Virus record (IMG/VR): IMGVR_UViG_3300029305_012082
Location: 1 to 64,000 of that record
Length of the DNA stretch: 64,000 nt
Reading direction: 5' to 3' (one strand)
DNA from: a virus
Lineage: Duplodnaviria > Caudoviricetes
Shown: in pieces, positions 1-9,893 of the stretch
Layout: each line of letters begins with the position of its first letter
Numbering within the stretch: the first letter of the stretch is position 1
Position numbers and translations under genes: made by a program
Notes under the pieces: generated by a model
The model's database searches: none
Told to the model about the DNA's origin: nothing
Seen by the model: the letters and a program-made list of their open reading frames with translations, nothing else

Positions 1-1707
1 TTACGAATAGACAAACCGAATAGTAACATCATTCGAGAATTGCAATGACGTAATTTTTCCGCCTGTGGCTTCGATGTTCTTGATAACGGATCGGATGAAC
101 ATTCGAGGTATTTGGGGGTCAATTCCTCGGATGTACTTTTCATAGTCAACAAATCTTTCATTCAGAAGCTTTTCCGCCATAACAAAGTAGCTCGCCTTGC
201 GGAGAAAATCATCTTCTGAAAGTGCAGCTTCCTCGTCGTTCTGTTTAAGTTCGGAAATTCCTTTGTTTGTTTCCTCTAACTCATCCAGCAATTTCTTTCG
301 CTCGATAATATATTCTGCCTCCGACATCGCATCTTCGCCGAACAAGAATATCGACTTCAGCCTATTTAGTGCGATCTCGGTCTTTCTGCGCCTTTCCTCC
401 AGAATATCAAGCTTATTCTCTTGCTTTTCGGTTCCAGCGAATACGTCTTCGGGCTTGAATTCTACTCCAGAAACGGTAGACAAAATCATCTTCTTGAGTT
501 TTACCAAGTCTTCGTCGCATATTGCAACGCCCAAAAAGGGAGAACCTTTCAAAACCTTCTTCGCCAAGACAGGGAGCGGCGTCTTGGGATTTATCTTTTC
601 TCTGCACTGCATAATGTTAGCAATAAAGTTGAAGACAAACGGACCTATTATGATGTCGGAAATGTATTTATTGCCGCAGGATTTATCAAGTCTTCTCTTG
701 TAACAAGAATAAATCGACGGTCTCCATCCGTCCGCTCTGCGGCGATCTAGAGTTGCCGACATATTGTGTCCGCATTCTCCGCAAGTTATTAAGCCAGCGA
801 AGATGTGAATGTTTTTATTCATTCGAGCTGTACCTACCTTTATCCCGCCACGTCGGTTTCTTGTAAGAGAAAGTTGGATTCTCTCGAATCTGGCCTCACT
901 CAGAGCCGGCAAATGGTGGTTCTCTATGACGATCCATTCTGCCTCGTCTCTTTTTGCAACTCCCTTTCCGTCGGAGTGGACATTGTATTTGTAAGATCCA
1001 ATATACCAAACGTTGCGGAGGATCTTGTTTATCGCTACCGGAGACCACTCCAATCCTTGCCGAGTACGATAGCCATTGCTATTCAACCATTTAGCAGTTG
1101 CAAGCAGGGAGTTTGTTTCCTCGTATTTGTCGCACATAGATAAATAAATCCTGTGTTCGTATTGGTTTAAGGTAAAACATTTTTCTTCCGTATCGTAATT
1201 GTATCCATACGGGACTCTTCCGCCGTTCCATTTTCCACTGTCAGCTCTGGAGAGCATAATTGCTGTGACTCTTTCGGCCGTAACTTGCCGTTCCAGCTCA
1301 GCAAATACCAAGATTATTTTCACCATTGCCTCGCCCATGGCTGTACTCGTGTCGAACTGCTCGTTTTTAGATACGAAGGCAACGCCTAAAGATTTCAGTT
1401 CGGCATGCATATTTGCAAAGTCTAAAAGATTTCTGCTTATACGATCGATCTTCCAGACGAGCAAATGTGAGAATTCACCTGTTCTCAGCCTTTCCATCAT
1501 TCTCTGATAGTCAGGCCGATCTGTATTTTTGGCAGAATAGCCGGGATCTACGAAGACTTCGTAATCTGTTATTCCAAGAACAAGATCTGCAAATGCGATC
1601 AGCTCCCGGCGTTGAACCTGAAGGGAGTCCTTGTCAATCTGCCATTGTGTAGAAACACGAGTGTATATTGCCGCCTTCTTTTTCGATAGGCTTCTGGATG
1701 CATCCAC
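1..1707 (-). CDS. Large serine recombinase (phage integrase)
   Basis: YTRVST catalytic Ser motif, KIDRISRN, recombinase domain, CGECG...C zinc ribbon and coiled coil; GTG start after AGGTGG RBS. Confidence 0.95.
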   Translation of the reverse strand: MDASRSLSKKKAAIYTRVSTQWQIDKDSLQVQRRELIAFADLVLGITDYEVFVDPGYSAKNTDRPDYQRMMERLRTGEFSHLLVWKIDRISRNLLDFANMHAELKSLGVAFVSKNEQFDTSTAMGEAMVKIILVFAELERQVTAERVTAIMLSRADSGKWNGGRVPYGYNYDTEEKCFTLNQYEHRIYLSMCDKYEETNSLLATAKWLNSNGYRTRQGLEWSPVAINKILRNVWYIGSYKYNVHSDGKGVAKRDEAEWIVIENHHLPALSEARFERIQLSLTRNRRGGIKVGTARMNKNIHIFAGLITCGECGHNMSATLDRRRADGWRPSIYSCYKRRLDKSCGNKYISDIIIGPFVFNFIANIMQCREKINPKTPLPVLAKKVLKGSPFLGVAICDEDLVKLKKMILSTVSGVEFKPEDVFAGTEKQENKLDILEERRRKTEIALNRLKSIFLFGEDAMSEAEYIIERKKLLDELEETNKGISELKQNDEEAALSEDDFLRKASYFVMAEKLLNERFVDYEKYIRGIDPQIPRMFIRSVIKNIEATGGKITSLQFSNDVTIRFVYS

Positions 1708-1739
1708 TCTGACACCACCTTATCTTATGGAAAATCACA

Positions 1740-1830
1740 GGAATTTCCACGGAATTTCCACGGAAATTCCGGCGCAACCGTAACCGTAAACGGAATCGTA
1801 ACCTATATACCGTAATCATAATATATATAA
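1740..1830. repeat. Iteron-like GGAATTTCCAC repeats, (AACCGT)n tract and AT-rich tail (copy 1)
   Basis: 11-bp tandem repeats; 1755-1789 is identical over 35 bp to 51143-51177. Confidence 0.85.
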
Positions 1831-1871
1831 AGACGGAGGATGGCTCTTTGCGATCGTCCGTCTTTTGCTAT

Positions 1872-2408
1872 TTAACCATCAATGAAGAACACATCAAAGA
1901 GAGGAGTACGGCATTTCGAGAGAGTTTCTTTAAGCGAGGAACGGTCCTCCTGAGAAATACCGACAGCAAGAACCAAAATCTTTCCGCTGGAAATACCCGA
2001 GGCGATTTTTGCCTCAAAATCAGTCTCATCAGCATACGATAGCAGTCCTCTAGATGCCATTATATCGATTACATCTGCTGCTTGCCCTTTGTGTAAGAAT
2101 GTGTAATTTGCAGAAAGCTCATTCAGAAGATTGAAACCGTATGCACGAAGGATCTTTACTTCTGAAACTATTTCCGCAGCTGAAATCGCAGACAAGACCA
2201 ACACCAAATTCCCATCGGGGGCAACAAAAAGGCAATCGAAGTCAAAACGACCTATTTTTCCTTTTCTGGCAATGCAAACGAAGCTTTTTGATCCGAATGA
2301 TGTAGAAATTCTCGATTTGTATTTTGCCATAAATCTGTTTAACTCGGCGGTCGTTAATGTAGCAGGGTCTCTTTGATCTTTTGCTGATGTAGGTTGAGCG
2401 ATTTTCAT
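1872..2408 (-). CDS. Hypothetical protein in the lysogeny module
   Basis: 178-aa ORF co-oriented with the repressor and integrase. Confidence 0.7.
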   Translation of the reverse strand: MKIAQPTSAKDQRDPATLTTAELNRFMAKYKSRISTSFGSKSFVCIARKGKIGRFDFDCLFVAPDGNLVLVLSAISAAEIVSEVKILRAYGFNLLNELSANYTFLHKGQAADVIDIMASRGLLSYADETDFEAKIASGISSGKILVLAVGISQEDRSSLKETLSKCRTPLFDVFFIDG

Positions 2409-2414
2409 AATATA

Positions 2415-2756
2415 TTACTCCTTCCGGTATTTTTGTAAGACTGCATTTATTACGAGCTTGTCATCATCGGATGCGGCAGCATAAAGGCTTCCGATTTCTC
2501 TGCTCTCGCGGGAAAGAACATCTCCGCTCTTTTCTGAAAGGCCGAGAAGCCAATCGATTGAAACAGAGAAAAATTCAGAAATCAGAATAACATACTTGAG
2601 GTTCGGCACACGGGTAGGCTCAGACAAGTATCTTGAAATTGCAGCAGCACTAACTTTTAGAGCGGCCGAAAGAGAAGAAATGTTGTGCCCATGACTTTCC
2701 ATCAGAATCCCCAAGTTGTATCCAAATGTGGAAAACTCCATGTTTTTGATATCCAT
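2415..2756 (-). CDS. CI-like XRE-family HTH repressor
   Basis: HTH-like LSAALKVSAAAISRYL...FSVSIDWLLG; divergent from the Cro-like gene. Confidence 0.88.
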   Translation of the reverse strand: MDIKNMEFSTFGYNLGILMESHGHNISSLSAALKVSAAAISRYLSEPTRVPNLKYVILISEFFSVSIDWLLGLSEKSGDVLSRESREIGSLYAAASDDDKLVINAVLQKYRKE

Positions 2757-2856
2757 AACGTATCTCCTTTTTTACCGAAATGAATGGATTTTCCTCCATA
2801 ATATAACAGTCTGGTAAGAAACGCAAATAATTTTATCAAAAATGATAAAAATATTA

Positions 2857-2919
2857 TTGACTTTTACCGATCGGTAAATTATAGTATATATAACGGTAAA
2901 ATACGTTACCGATCGGAAA
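2857..2919 (+). promoter_or_regulatory. Early rightward promoter overlapped by palindromic operators
   Basis: TTGACT(2857)-17-TATAGT; TTTACCGATCGGTAAA at 2863-2878 and a variant at 2906-2919. Confidence 0.8.
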
Positions 2920-2941
2920 AAATGGGAGAAGGTGGTAATAG

Positions 2942-3181
2942 ATGAATACGAAGCCTAACGAAATAGGAGGAGCAAGGAAACGGCTCCGAATTACACAACA
3001 GGAAGTGGCTAACAGACTAGGAATACCGCTTCCGACATACATTAAGAAAGAAAGAGGAGAAAGTCCGTTCACAGATACGCAGAAAGTAGAACTGGCAAAA
3101 ATCCTAGATTGGACGCCACTGCAAATGAACAGGTTCCTGTACGACGGACTCCTGCCTATCAATGCAGAAAACCATTGGTAG
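2942..3181 (+). CDS. Cro-like HTH regulator
   Basis: ITQQEVANRLGIPLPTYIKKERG XRE-type HTH. Confidence 0.88.
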   Translation: MNTKPNEIGGARKRLRITQQEVANRLGIPLPTYIKKERGESPFTDTQKVELAKILDWTPLQMNRFLYDGLLPINAENHW

Positions 3182-3199
3182 TTTTTTTAGCAATATGAG

Positions 3200-3233
3200 T
3201 TACCGATCGGTAAAATGTATTGCTGATAGGTAA
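3200..3233. promoter_or_regulatory. Operator pair
   Basis: TTACCGATCGGTAA at 3200-3213; variant TTGCTGATAGGTAA at 3220-3233. Confidence 0.7.
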
Positions 3234-3261
3234 ATTATATGTTATTTGGGGAGGAAAGAAA

Positions 3262-3753
3262 ATGGGACGTGGAGCCACGAAAGCAGCCGGCAATCTCTGG
3301 TACGAAGCCAGAATAAACGCAGCAAAATATAACGACAAGCTATCTAGTCGTGAAGGTGCTGCCGAGTTGCTGGGATGCTCGGTTGATGTGCTTGTTAGAG
3401 TTGAAAATGATCTTTACAAGTGCATGCCCGTGGAGACAGCGATTCTTATGGCCGACCTGTACAATGCCCCTCATTTGCTAAATCACTACTGCAGAAATTG
3501 TCCAATCGGATGTGATAGTCCCATATCCGACGAAAATCCAGACTTGGATCGTGTGACTGTGAAACTTCTGAAAAAGCTGAAGCTAGAAAAGATAGCCAGC
3601 ATTAAAGAGAGATTGCTCGAAATCGCAGAAGACGGGGTTATCAGTGAGGACGAAAAACCGGAGCTGGAAGAGGTTGTAGGTTTTTTAGAAGAAATTGTCA
3701 CGACTGTCAGCGAACTTAGATCGATCACAAGAAAAGTATTAAACGGAGGATGA
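3262..3753 (+). CDS. Phage regulatory protein (HTH; CII/YmfL-like)
   Basis: SREGAAELLGCS HTH and IAEDGVISEDE C-terminus; ATG after GGAGG. Confidence 0.7.
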   Translation: MGRGATKAAGNLWYEARINAAKYNDKLSSREGAAELLGCSVDVLVRVENDLYKCMPVETAILMADLYNAPHLLNHYCRNCPIGCDSPISDENPDLDRVTVKLLKKLKLEKIASIKERLLEIAEDGVISEDEKPELEEVVGFLEEIVTTVSELRSITRKVLNGG

Positions 3754-3756
3754 ACC

Positions 3757-3921
3757 GTGGAGGCATACAGATCAGCGATAAGGATTCTAGAGGAAGAATA
3801 CGGGATCACCTCTTTAGAAGAATTGCAAAATGCAATCCGCAAAATAGGTCCGATCGATGTAAGCCTGTTTTGTGCAGATATAGAACCTGAAAAAAGGAGA
3901 ACTCGCCATGAAAAGAAATAA
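3757..3921 (+). CDS. Small hypothetical protein (54 aa, not in ORF track)
   Basis: GTG after GGAGG; open frame filling the gap between neighbouring genes. Confidence 0.55.
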   Translation: MEAYRSAIRILEEEYGITSLEELQNAIRKIGPIDVSLFCADIEPEKRRTRHEKK

Positions 3922-4654
3922 CAACAAAGCAAGATCTGGATGCTTGTTTTTAAGAAGAGCACTTGCGTTTGTAATTGTTGCAATTGCATTTTCGCTTGTT
4001 ATTGCAGACACAGCAAAAAGCCATGACACAAACACCGAAATGAGCATAGCTTCGCAGTCCGGAAGCGAACAGAATCGGCCCGAGGCAACTGTTGTAGCTG
4101 CGGCTCAGGAAACCCCTGAGGTTGTCGTACATACTGTTTCTGCTGAACTGATCTGTACTGTGAATTATGAAGAAAAGGACGTCTCGACCGGACCTGAACC
4201 ATCCGAACAGGAAGACATAGACACAGAAGCAGAAGATGAGATCCTTTACTACACGGAAGAAGACGTTCTTGCTCTTGCTCAAATGGGAGAAGGAGAAGCC
4301 GGCGGAATTCCTTCCGATATGGAGGTAGCTGCAACGATGTGGAGTGCCTGCAATCGCTTAGACAGCGGAGATCCCTATTATGCTGGGCTTGAGTCCATCA
4401 AGGATATCGTCGCTCAGCCCTACCAGTATCATGGCTACAATCCTGATCGAGTTCCTTCAGAAAGACTTATGGCTCTTGCCAGAGATGTTCTGAGCAGATG
4501 GAATGCAGAAAAAAATGGTGCAACTGATGTGGGGCGTGTGCTTCCCCGCGAGTATATGTTCTTCCACGGAGATGGCTGGCACAATTATTTCACCACAGTT
4601 CCGGGCGGGTATGATGTGTACGATTGGTATCTTGGTTCCCCCTACGAGAGTTGA
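3908..4654 (+). CDS. SleB-like cell wall hydrolase with N-terminal TM/signal segment
   Basis: LAQMGEGEAGG...NRL...IVAQPYQY motifs of the Hydrolase_2 family. Confidence 0.8.
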   Translation: MKRNNNKARSGCLFLRRALAFVIVAIAFSLVIADTAKSHDTNTEMSIASQSGSEQNRPEATVVAAAQETPEVVVHTVSAELICTVNYEEKDVSTGPEPSEQEDIDTEAEDEILYYTEEDVLALAQMGEGEAGGIPSDMEVAATMWSACNRLDSGDPYYAGLESIKDIVAQPYQYHGYNPDRVPSERLMALARDVLSRWNAEKNGATDVGRVLPREYMFFHGDGWHNYFTTVPGGYDVYDWYLGSPYES

Positions 4655-4665
4655 GGAGTAAGCAC

Positions 4666-4917
4666 ATGGATATGCTTGAACAACTTTCAGACATTGTATT
4701 TGCGGTGCAAGACGAAACGAAGTATCCGTTCGACCTTTCTGAAATCTTTCGAGTGATGCAACATACTCTCCGGAAGATCGAATTAAACGGACAAGGCGAT
4801 GGATACATTCCCATCTTGTTTAGAAATGAGCTGCAAGATCTCGTTATGAGACATGAAATCAATAAGAGAGGAAGCGAAAGAACATGTGTAGTCTCTGCAA
4901 TTCCAGCCCTTGTGTAA
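4666..4917 (+). CDS. Hypothetical protein
   Basis: ORF with GAGGAG RBS within the early operon. Confidence 0.6.
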   Translation: MDMLEQLSDIVFAVQDETKYPFDLSEIFRVMQHTLRKIELNGQGDGYIPILFRNELQDLVMRHEINKRGSERTCVVSAIPALV

Positions 4918-5120
4918 GCCGATGCCCAAACGCACCGGAGCCAATCGCCGTTGCGACATGCGACTATTGTCATGAGAGCATTTATCGCGGAGAAGAGTAC
5001 GGCGAGATTAACGGCAAAGCATATTGCGAAAGCTGTTTAGAGATTATGCCGTACAGTGAAATGATCGAACTCTTCGGTGGGAAATGGAGGCTTGCGGAGG
5101 AACCCGATGCAGGATACTGA
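4884..5120 (+). CDS. Small Cys-rich zinc-binding protein
   Basis: Multiple CxxC pairs. Confidence 0.65.
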   Translation: MCSLCNSSPCVSRCPNAPEPIAVATCDYCHESIYRGEEYGEINGKAYCESCLEIMPYSEMIELFGGKWRLAEEPDAGY

Positions 5121-5742
5121 AAACAAGATTATCCAAATGCCTGACTTCCCCGAGCTGACATTCGATGAAACAAGCCACATATATCGGCTGGACGGGGATG
5201 TGATACCGAGTGTTTCTGAGATAATGACCCCTTTGTCGACCGCAAAGTATAAAGGCATAAGTGACAGGACGCTGAATAACGCCGCAAACAAAGGGTCAGC
5301 AGTACACGATGCAATCGAGTTTTGGATAAAGTACGGTGTCGTAGATATCGAAAAAGAACACGCCGGGTACTTCAATGCTTTTCTCCGTTGGTGGGAAAAG
5401 GAAAAGCCGGTTGTTATTGGATCTGAGAACCGTGTGTATCACCCTATCCTGCAATACGGTGGAACGGTTGATCTGTACTGCCTTACCGGACAATCAGAAC
5501 CCACTCTCGTAGATTATAAATGCACATACCAGCTAAGTGAAATGACCTGCCGTGTCCAGCTGGAAGCGTATTCTCAAGCCTTGGCAAGTCATGATTTGCC
5601 CGTTATGAAAAAGAACATTCTTCATCTCAAGAAGGATGAAACATATGAGTACAGGCCGTTCCTAGCTAAAGATCCAGTTGCGTGGCGGGTCTTCGGAAAT
5701 CTAAAGGGAGTTTACGACTACTTGAAGTCGTACCAAAATTAG
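5107..5742 (+). CDS. PD-(D/E)XK exonuclease
   Basis: PSVSEI, GSAVH, GTVD...VDYK and QLEAY motifs. Confidence 0.8.
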   Translation: MQDTENKIIQMPDFPELTFDETSHIYRLDGDVIPSVSEIMTPLSTAKYKGISDRTLNNAANKGSAVHDAIEFWIKYGVVDIEKEHAGYFNAFLRWWEKEKPVVIGSENRVYHPILQYGGTVDLYCLTGQSEPTLVDYKCTYQLSEMTCRVQLEAYSQALASHDLPVMKKNILHLKKDETYEYRPFLAKDPVAWRVFGNLKGVYDYLKSYQN

Positions 5743-5751
5743 GAGGGAAAT

Positions 5752-6441
5752 ATGATGAACACCGAACTCACCACTTACCCGGGAGAAAGCAGGCTTGCTA
5801 CCGAAAACGTTTCGGTTATCGAGGTCGCAAAAAGTCTGGTTGTTACCAATGAAGCAGATTATCAATCCGCCGGAGAATATCTGAAAGCAATTAAAAGACA
5901 GCAAAAAGCTGTCACAGAATTCTTTGAGCCGATGAGAGTAAGCTCCAAAGCCGCATATGATGCCGTCCTCTCCAGAAAGAAGGCTATGTTAGATCCCCTG
6001 AAGGATGCAGAAGCTGCACTCAAGGAAAAACTAGACGCATTTATTGAGGTCCAGAAGGAACTTCAGGAAGAGAAAAACGCTTCGTTAAAGGAACGAGCTG
6101 CAAGGCGGCTCGATGAATGTCTTGCTGAAGCAGCTGCCGCTGAGAAGGCCGGAGATGTTCTCGCTGCAGAGATGGCGTTGGCTGAAGCAGAGATGATGGA
6201 CGATGCGGCAAATGGCGTAGGTGCGAGATCGATGCTTCCCAAGGTAAATGGCATCAGCACTGTAAAGTCGTGGGAAATTATCAGCATTGACCACAAAGCT
6301 GTCCCTGCTTATGTGGGCGATGTTGTAATCCGCCCTGTTGACGAAAAGGCAGTAATGACACTCATCAAAGCCACGAAGGGACAGGTAGTGATACCCGGTG
6401 TCCAATTCAAGGAGACCGTATCTCATAGAGTAAGAACTTAG
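5752..6441 (+). CDS. Coiled-coil phage protein of the recombination module
   Basis: Helical ORF ending IPGVQF, between the exonuclease and the annealase. Confidence 0.65.
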   Translation: MMNTELTTYPGESRLATENVSVIEVAKSLVVTNEADYQSAGEYLKAIKRQQKAVTEFFEPMRVSSKAAYDAVLSRKKAMLDPLKDAEAALKEKLDAFIEVQKELQEEKNASLKERAARRLDECLAEAAAAEKAGDVLAAEMALAEAEMMDDAANGVGARSMLPKVNGISTVKSWEIISIDHKAVPAYVGDVVIRPVDEKAVMTLIKATKGQVVIPGVQFKETVSHRVRT

Positions 6442-6460
6442 TAATTAGGAGGAGTACAAA

Positions 6461-7474
6461 ATGGCTGATAACAAAAGAGAACTGGCAACTGCTGCCCCGA
6501 AAGGTGCTATGCAGATGCCCAAAACAACAGGGATGAATGTTTTCTCAGATGCAAAAAGTTTTGAAGCAGCATTCAAAATGGCTGACTGTCTTGCGAAATC
6601 TACGATCGTCCCCAAGGAGTATCACAACAATGTTGGTAACTGCATGATTGCTCTCGAAATGGCATCCCGAATCGACACTAGCCCCATGATGGTTATGCAG
6701 AACCTGTACATCGTCAACGGTCGTCCCGCTTGGTCCAGCCAGTGGATTATTGCGATGATTAACTCCAGCAAGAGATACAAGACTGAACTGCAGTTCGAAT
6801 TTGGTCACGATTCCAGAGATGGCGGTCTTAGCTGTACCGCATGGGCTGAAGATTACTTTGGTCACAAAGTATTTGGACCGAAGATCACAATGAAGATGGC
6901 AAATGACGAAGGCTGGACGACTAAGAATGGCAGCAAGTGGAAGACAATGCCTGAAGTCATGATCCAGTATCGTGCTGCATCTTTCTTTGGTCGTCTGAAT
7001 TGCCCCGATATGATTATGGGAATCTACAGTGCAGACGAAGCATATGAGATCGACGATAACGCAAACGCCGGCGGAACATATAGCCTTGATGTTGACCCCA
7101 ACACCGGAGAAATTATCGCCACAAAAACGGAGTCCAGTGAACCGATCAACAAAGAAGATCGAGAAATCCTGTTCGCTCTTGTTTCCAAGTGCTTTGGCGT
7201 AGGAGATGGGAATGCTGTGCTGAAAACTCTGATTGAAAATGAGGGTTATGCAAACACCAAGGAACTTTCTCGGGCTGCATATGACAGGATCGTAGGCAAC
7301 ATTTCCAAAATGCTTCCGGAGGAACAATATGAAGCCATCATCGGTGAGCTGAGCGAGGTGGTTGGGAACGGATGTCCGGGATGTACTGAGTCTGCAGCGA
7401 ATCGTATTCAGAACAACTTCCAGCTGATGATTTCCGCAAGAGATGAAATGGCAAGAGAGACTGACAAGAATTGA
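6461..7474 (+). CDS. RecT-like single-strand annealing protein
   Basis: NCMIALEMA...PMMVMQNLYIVNGRP...W...PEVMIQYRAASFF. Confidence 0.8.
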   Translation: MADNKRELATAAPKGAMQMPKTTGMNVFSDAKSFEAAFKMADCLAKSTIVPKEYHNNVGNCMIALEMASRIDTSPMMVMQNLYIVNGRPAWSSQWIIAMINSSKRYKTELQFEFGHDSRDGGLSCTAWAEDYFGHKVFGPKITMKMANDEGWTTKNGSKWKTMPEVMIQYRAASFFGRLNCPDMIMGIYSADEAYEIDDNANAGGTYSLDVDPNTGEIIATKTESSEPINKEDREILFALVSKCFGVGDGNAVLKTLIENEGYANTKELSRAAYDRIVGNISKMLPEEQYEAIIGELSEVVGNGCPGCTESAANRIQNNFQLMISARDEMARETDKN

Positions 7475-7532
7475 GACGGTGAATGATATGCAGTTTCAAC
7501 TGTGTGTTCAGGAAAAAGAGGCAGGTGAGATA

Positions 7533-8324
7533 ATGGCGTGGGTTAGCATACACGATAATGTGGTTGGAGGGAAGCTCAGAGAGCTTGCCAAGGAGGTCTC
7601 GAAAGAAGGCCTCCCATACATAGAGGAACTTGCATTGGGCATTCTTGTAAAATTCTGGCTTTGGGGACTTAACAACGCCGACAAAAACGGAATGATTATC
7701 AATGCTGACAAAGAAGACATTGTTGATGCATTTAGCTCTCGCCTTGTATCTCACCTTCCTAATGTTGTTGGTATATTATTGAGAACCCACTGGATAGATG
7801 CAACAGTGGAAGGGTACAAAATCCACGACTGGGATCAGTGGCAAGAACAATGGTACAAAGCCATGGAGAAGAGAGAACGGGATAAAATCAGAAAGAGGGA
7901 CGCAGATGCATCGAAGAAAAAAGATGCTGCTGTTCCTCCTTCTGAAGAACCTGATGCAGAGGCTCCGCCAGAAGGCGGTGGCGATCCACCCGATGAACCA
8001 GAACATCCGAGGTATGTTCCTGCTTTTGAGACTTTCTGGGAAGAATATCCGAGAAAGATCGATAAAGGAGCAGCATACAAGAAGTATATGGCCAGACGAC
8101 GGGATGGATATTCGGACGAAGATCTTCTCCGTGCTGCGAAGAACTATGCATATGTCTGTAAAAGGAACAAAACTGACAAGAACTACATCAAACACGGAAA
8201 GACCTTCCTTGGTGACAGTCTCCCGTTCCTTGATTATCTTCCAAAGCGAGAGGCGCAATCGCCCGAAACACAACTTCCCGACACAAGCAACCCGTTTGCT
8301 GATTGCGTAGGAAAGGGAGGATGA
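7533..8324 (+). CDS. Phage replication initiator/replisome organiser
   Basis: MAWVSIHD start, IHDWDQWQ, FETFWEEYPRK and HGKTFL motifs; lies upstream of the loader ATPase. Confidence 0.8.
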   Translation: MAWVSIHDNVVGGKLRELAKEVSKEGLPYIEELALGILVKFWLWGLNNADKNGMIINADKEDIVDAFSSRLVSHLPNVVGILLRTHWIDATVEGYKIHDWDQWQEQWYKAMEKRERDKIRKRDADASKKKDAAVPPSEEPDAEAPPEGGGDPPDEPEHPRYVPAFETFWEEYPRKIDKGAAYKKYMARRRDGYSDEDLLRAAKNYAYVCKRNKTDKNYIKHGKTFLGDSLPFLDYLPKREAQSPETQLPDTSNPFADCVGKGG

Positions 8325-8328
8325 TCTG

Positions 8329-9216
8329 TTGGCTATTTTCAACACGTTTCCTATGGCACGAAGACTTGCTGAAAAAGGAATTAGAGAACAGGTGATAAAT
8401 CCTTCTGATGTTGCAGGAGAAGATGGAACTCTTTACTGCGGTCTTTGCGGAGAGAAAAAGAGGATGTACAAAGACTTTCCTGATCCTGTCGAGGGAGATG
8501 AGCAAAGAGTAAGCAGACTTCTTGTTGCACTGGAATGCGGATGCGATCGTGCGAAAAAAGAAAAGGAAAAGCAAGCAGCCATAGACAAAGCTGATATGGA
8601 GTCTATAGAAAAGCTCAGAGTTGCTAGTCTCATGGACGACCACTTCAGGCTTTGCTCGTTCGATTCTTTTCAGACAAATCAGTATAACCAAAGAAATCTA
8701 AAGATCTGCCGGCGTTACGCTACTGCATTCGATAAGATGGTTTCTGAGAATCGGGGTCTTCTCCTTTGGGGCGGAGTCGGAACAGGGAAAACATTTGCGG
8801 CAGCGTGTATTGCCAACTATCTTCTTGGGAAAAAAGTTCCTGTCATCATGACTTCTTTCCTGAAAATATTGAACATGATACAGGCGGACAGAGACCAAGA
8901 GACACGGATTATAAATCAACTAAATAGGGCTAGGCTGGTTGTATTTGATGATATGGGCGTAGAAAGAGGGTCTGATTACGTTTTAGAAAAAGTCTATAGC
9001 ATTATAGACAGCAGATACAGACGGCAGCTTCCTATGATTGTCACAACGAATCTCACCATGGATGAAATGAAAAACGAGACCGATATACGATATGCGAGAA
9101 TATACGATCGGCTTTTCGAAACATGTTATCCGATGCAATTTACCGGTGTTAGCTGGCGAAGAGTAACTGCAGCGAAGAGATTTCAGGAAATGGGGGCATT
9201 ATTCGATGAGGATTAA
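8329..9216 (+). CDS. DnaC/IstB-like helicase loader ATPase
   Basis: Walker A GGVGTGKT, Walker B VVFDDMG, TTNL. Confidence 0.9.
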   Translation: MAIFNTFPMARRLAEKGIREQVINPSDVAGEDGTLYCGLCGEKKRMYKDFPDPVEGDEQRVSRLLVALECGCDRAKKEKEKQAAIDKADMESIEKLRVASLMDDHFRLCSFDSFQTNQYNQRNLKICRRYATAFDKMVSENRGLLLWGGVGTGKTFAAACIANYLLGKKVPVIMTSFLKILNMIQADRDQETRIINQLNRARLVVFDDMGVERGSDYVLEKVYSIIDSRYRRQLPMIVTTNLTMDEMKNETDIRYARIYDRLFETCYPMQFTGVSWRRVTAAKRFQEMGALFDED

Positions 9217-9634
9217 ATTCTCTGTTTTTGGAGAGCCGAAAGGCAAGGGGCGTCCCAGAATGACAAAAACAGGGCACACCTACACTCCGAGTGAAACGGT
9301 GGAATACGAAAACTTGATAAAGCTTGAGTATCGCCGGCAATGCGGAAATGTATTCTACGATAAAGAAACCCCTCTCGATGTAAGAATCACCGGATACTAC
9401 GGCATCCCAAAGAGTGTGAGCAGAAAAAAGCGGCAAGCTATGATTGACGGAGTTATTAGACCGATTAAGAAGGTCGATGCAGATAACCTTTGCAAGGTTG
9501 TCTGCGACTCGCTCAATGGCTATGCGTACCACGATGACACGCAGGTTGTAGACTGCCAGATCAGGAAGTTTTACAGTGAAACCCCAAGAGTTGTTGTGAC
9601 GATTCAAGAAGCAGGCCGACTGGTCAGGAGGTAA
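9206..9634 (+). CDS. rusA: RusA-family Holliday junction resolvase
   Basis: GEPKGKGRPR, DADNLCK...D.LNG...DDTQV. Confidence 0.9.
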   Translation: MRIKFSVFGEPKGKGRPRMTKTGHTYTPSETVEYENLIKLEYRRQCGNVFYDKETPLDVRITGYYGIPKSVSRKKRQAMIDGVIRPIKKVDADNLCKVVCDSLNGYAYHDDTQVVDCQIRKFYSETPRVVVTIQEAGRLVRR

Positions 9635-9636
9635 AA

Positions 9637-9876
9637 ATGAGCAAACATCTAAATTTTGATGGCTACTGGGAAGGCGAAGCCGTGTACGAATGCGACCAAT
9701 GCCAGACCGATCAGAAGTTCCGCTTTGATGACGAAGAAGAAGCGAAAGATTCGAAAACCCACAGGAAAACGCTGCGTGAGAACCACGGGTGGGTGATGGC
9801 GAAAGTCAACGGTCAGTGGAAGGAGTTCTGCTGCGAAGACTGCAGAAACAAGTACATCAGAAGCAATACGCTTTGA
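9637..9876 (+). CDS. Small zinc-binding protein
   Basis: CDQC and CCEDC motifs. Confidence 0.65.
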   Translation: MSKHLNFDGYWEGEAVYECDQCQTDQKFRFDDEEEAKDSKTHRKTLRENHGWVMAKVNGQWKEFCCEDCRNKYIRSNTL

Positions 9877-9893
9877 GTTTAGGAGGAGTTACA

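Noticed and set aside
1755-1789. The 35-bp repeat as an attL/attR pair
   Set aside because: The second copy lies inside the baseplate operon and the first is upstream of the integrase; recombination between them would split the phage.
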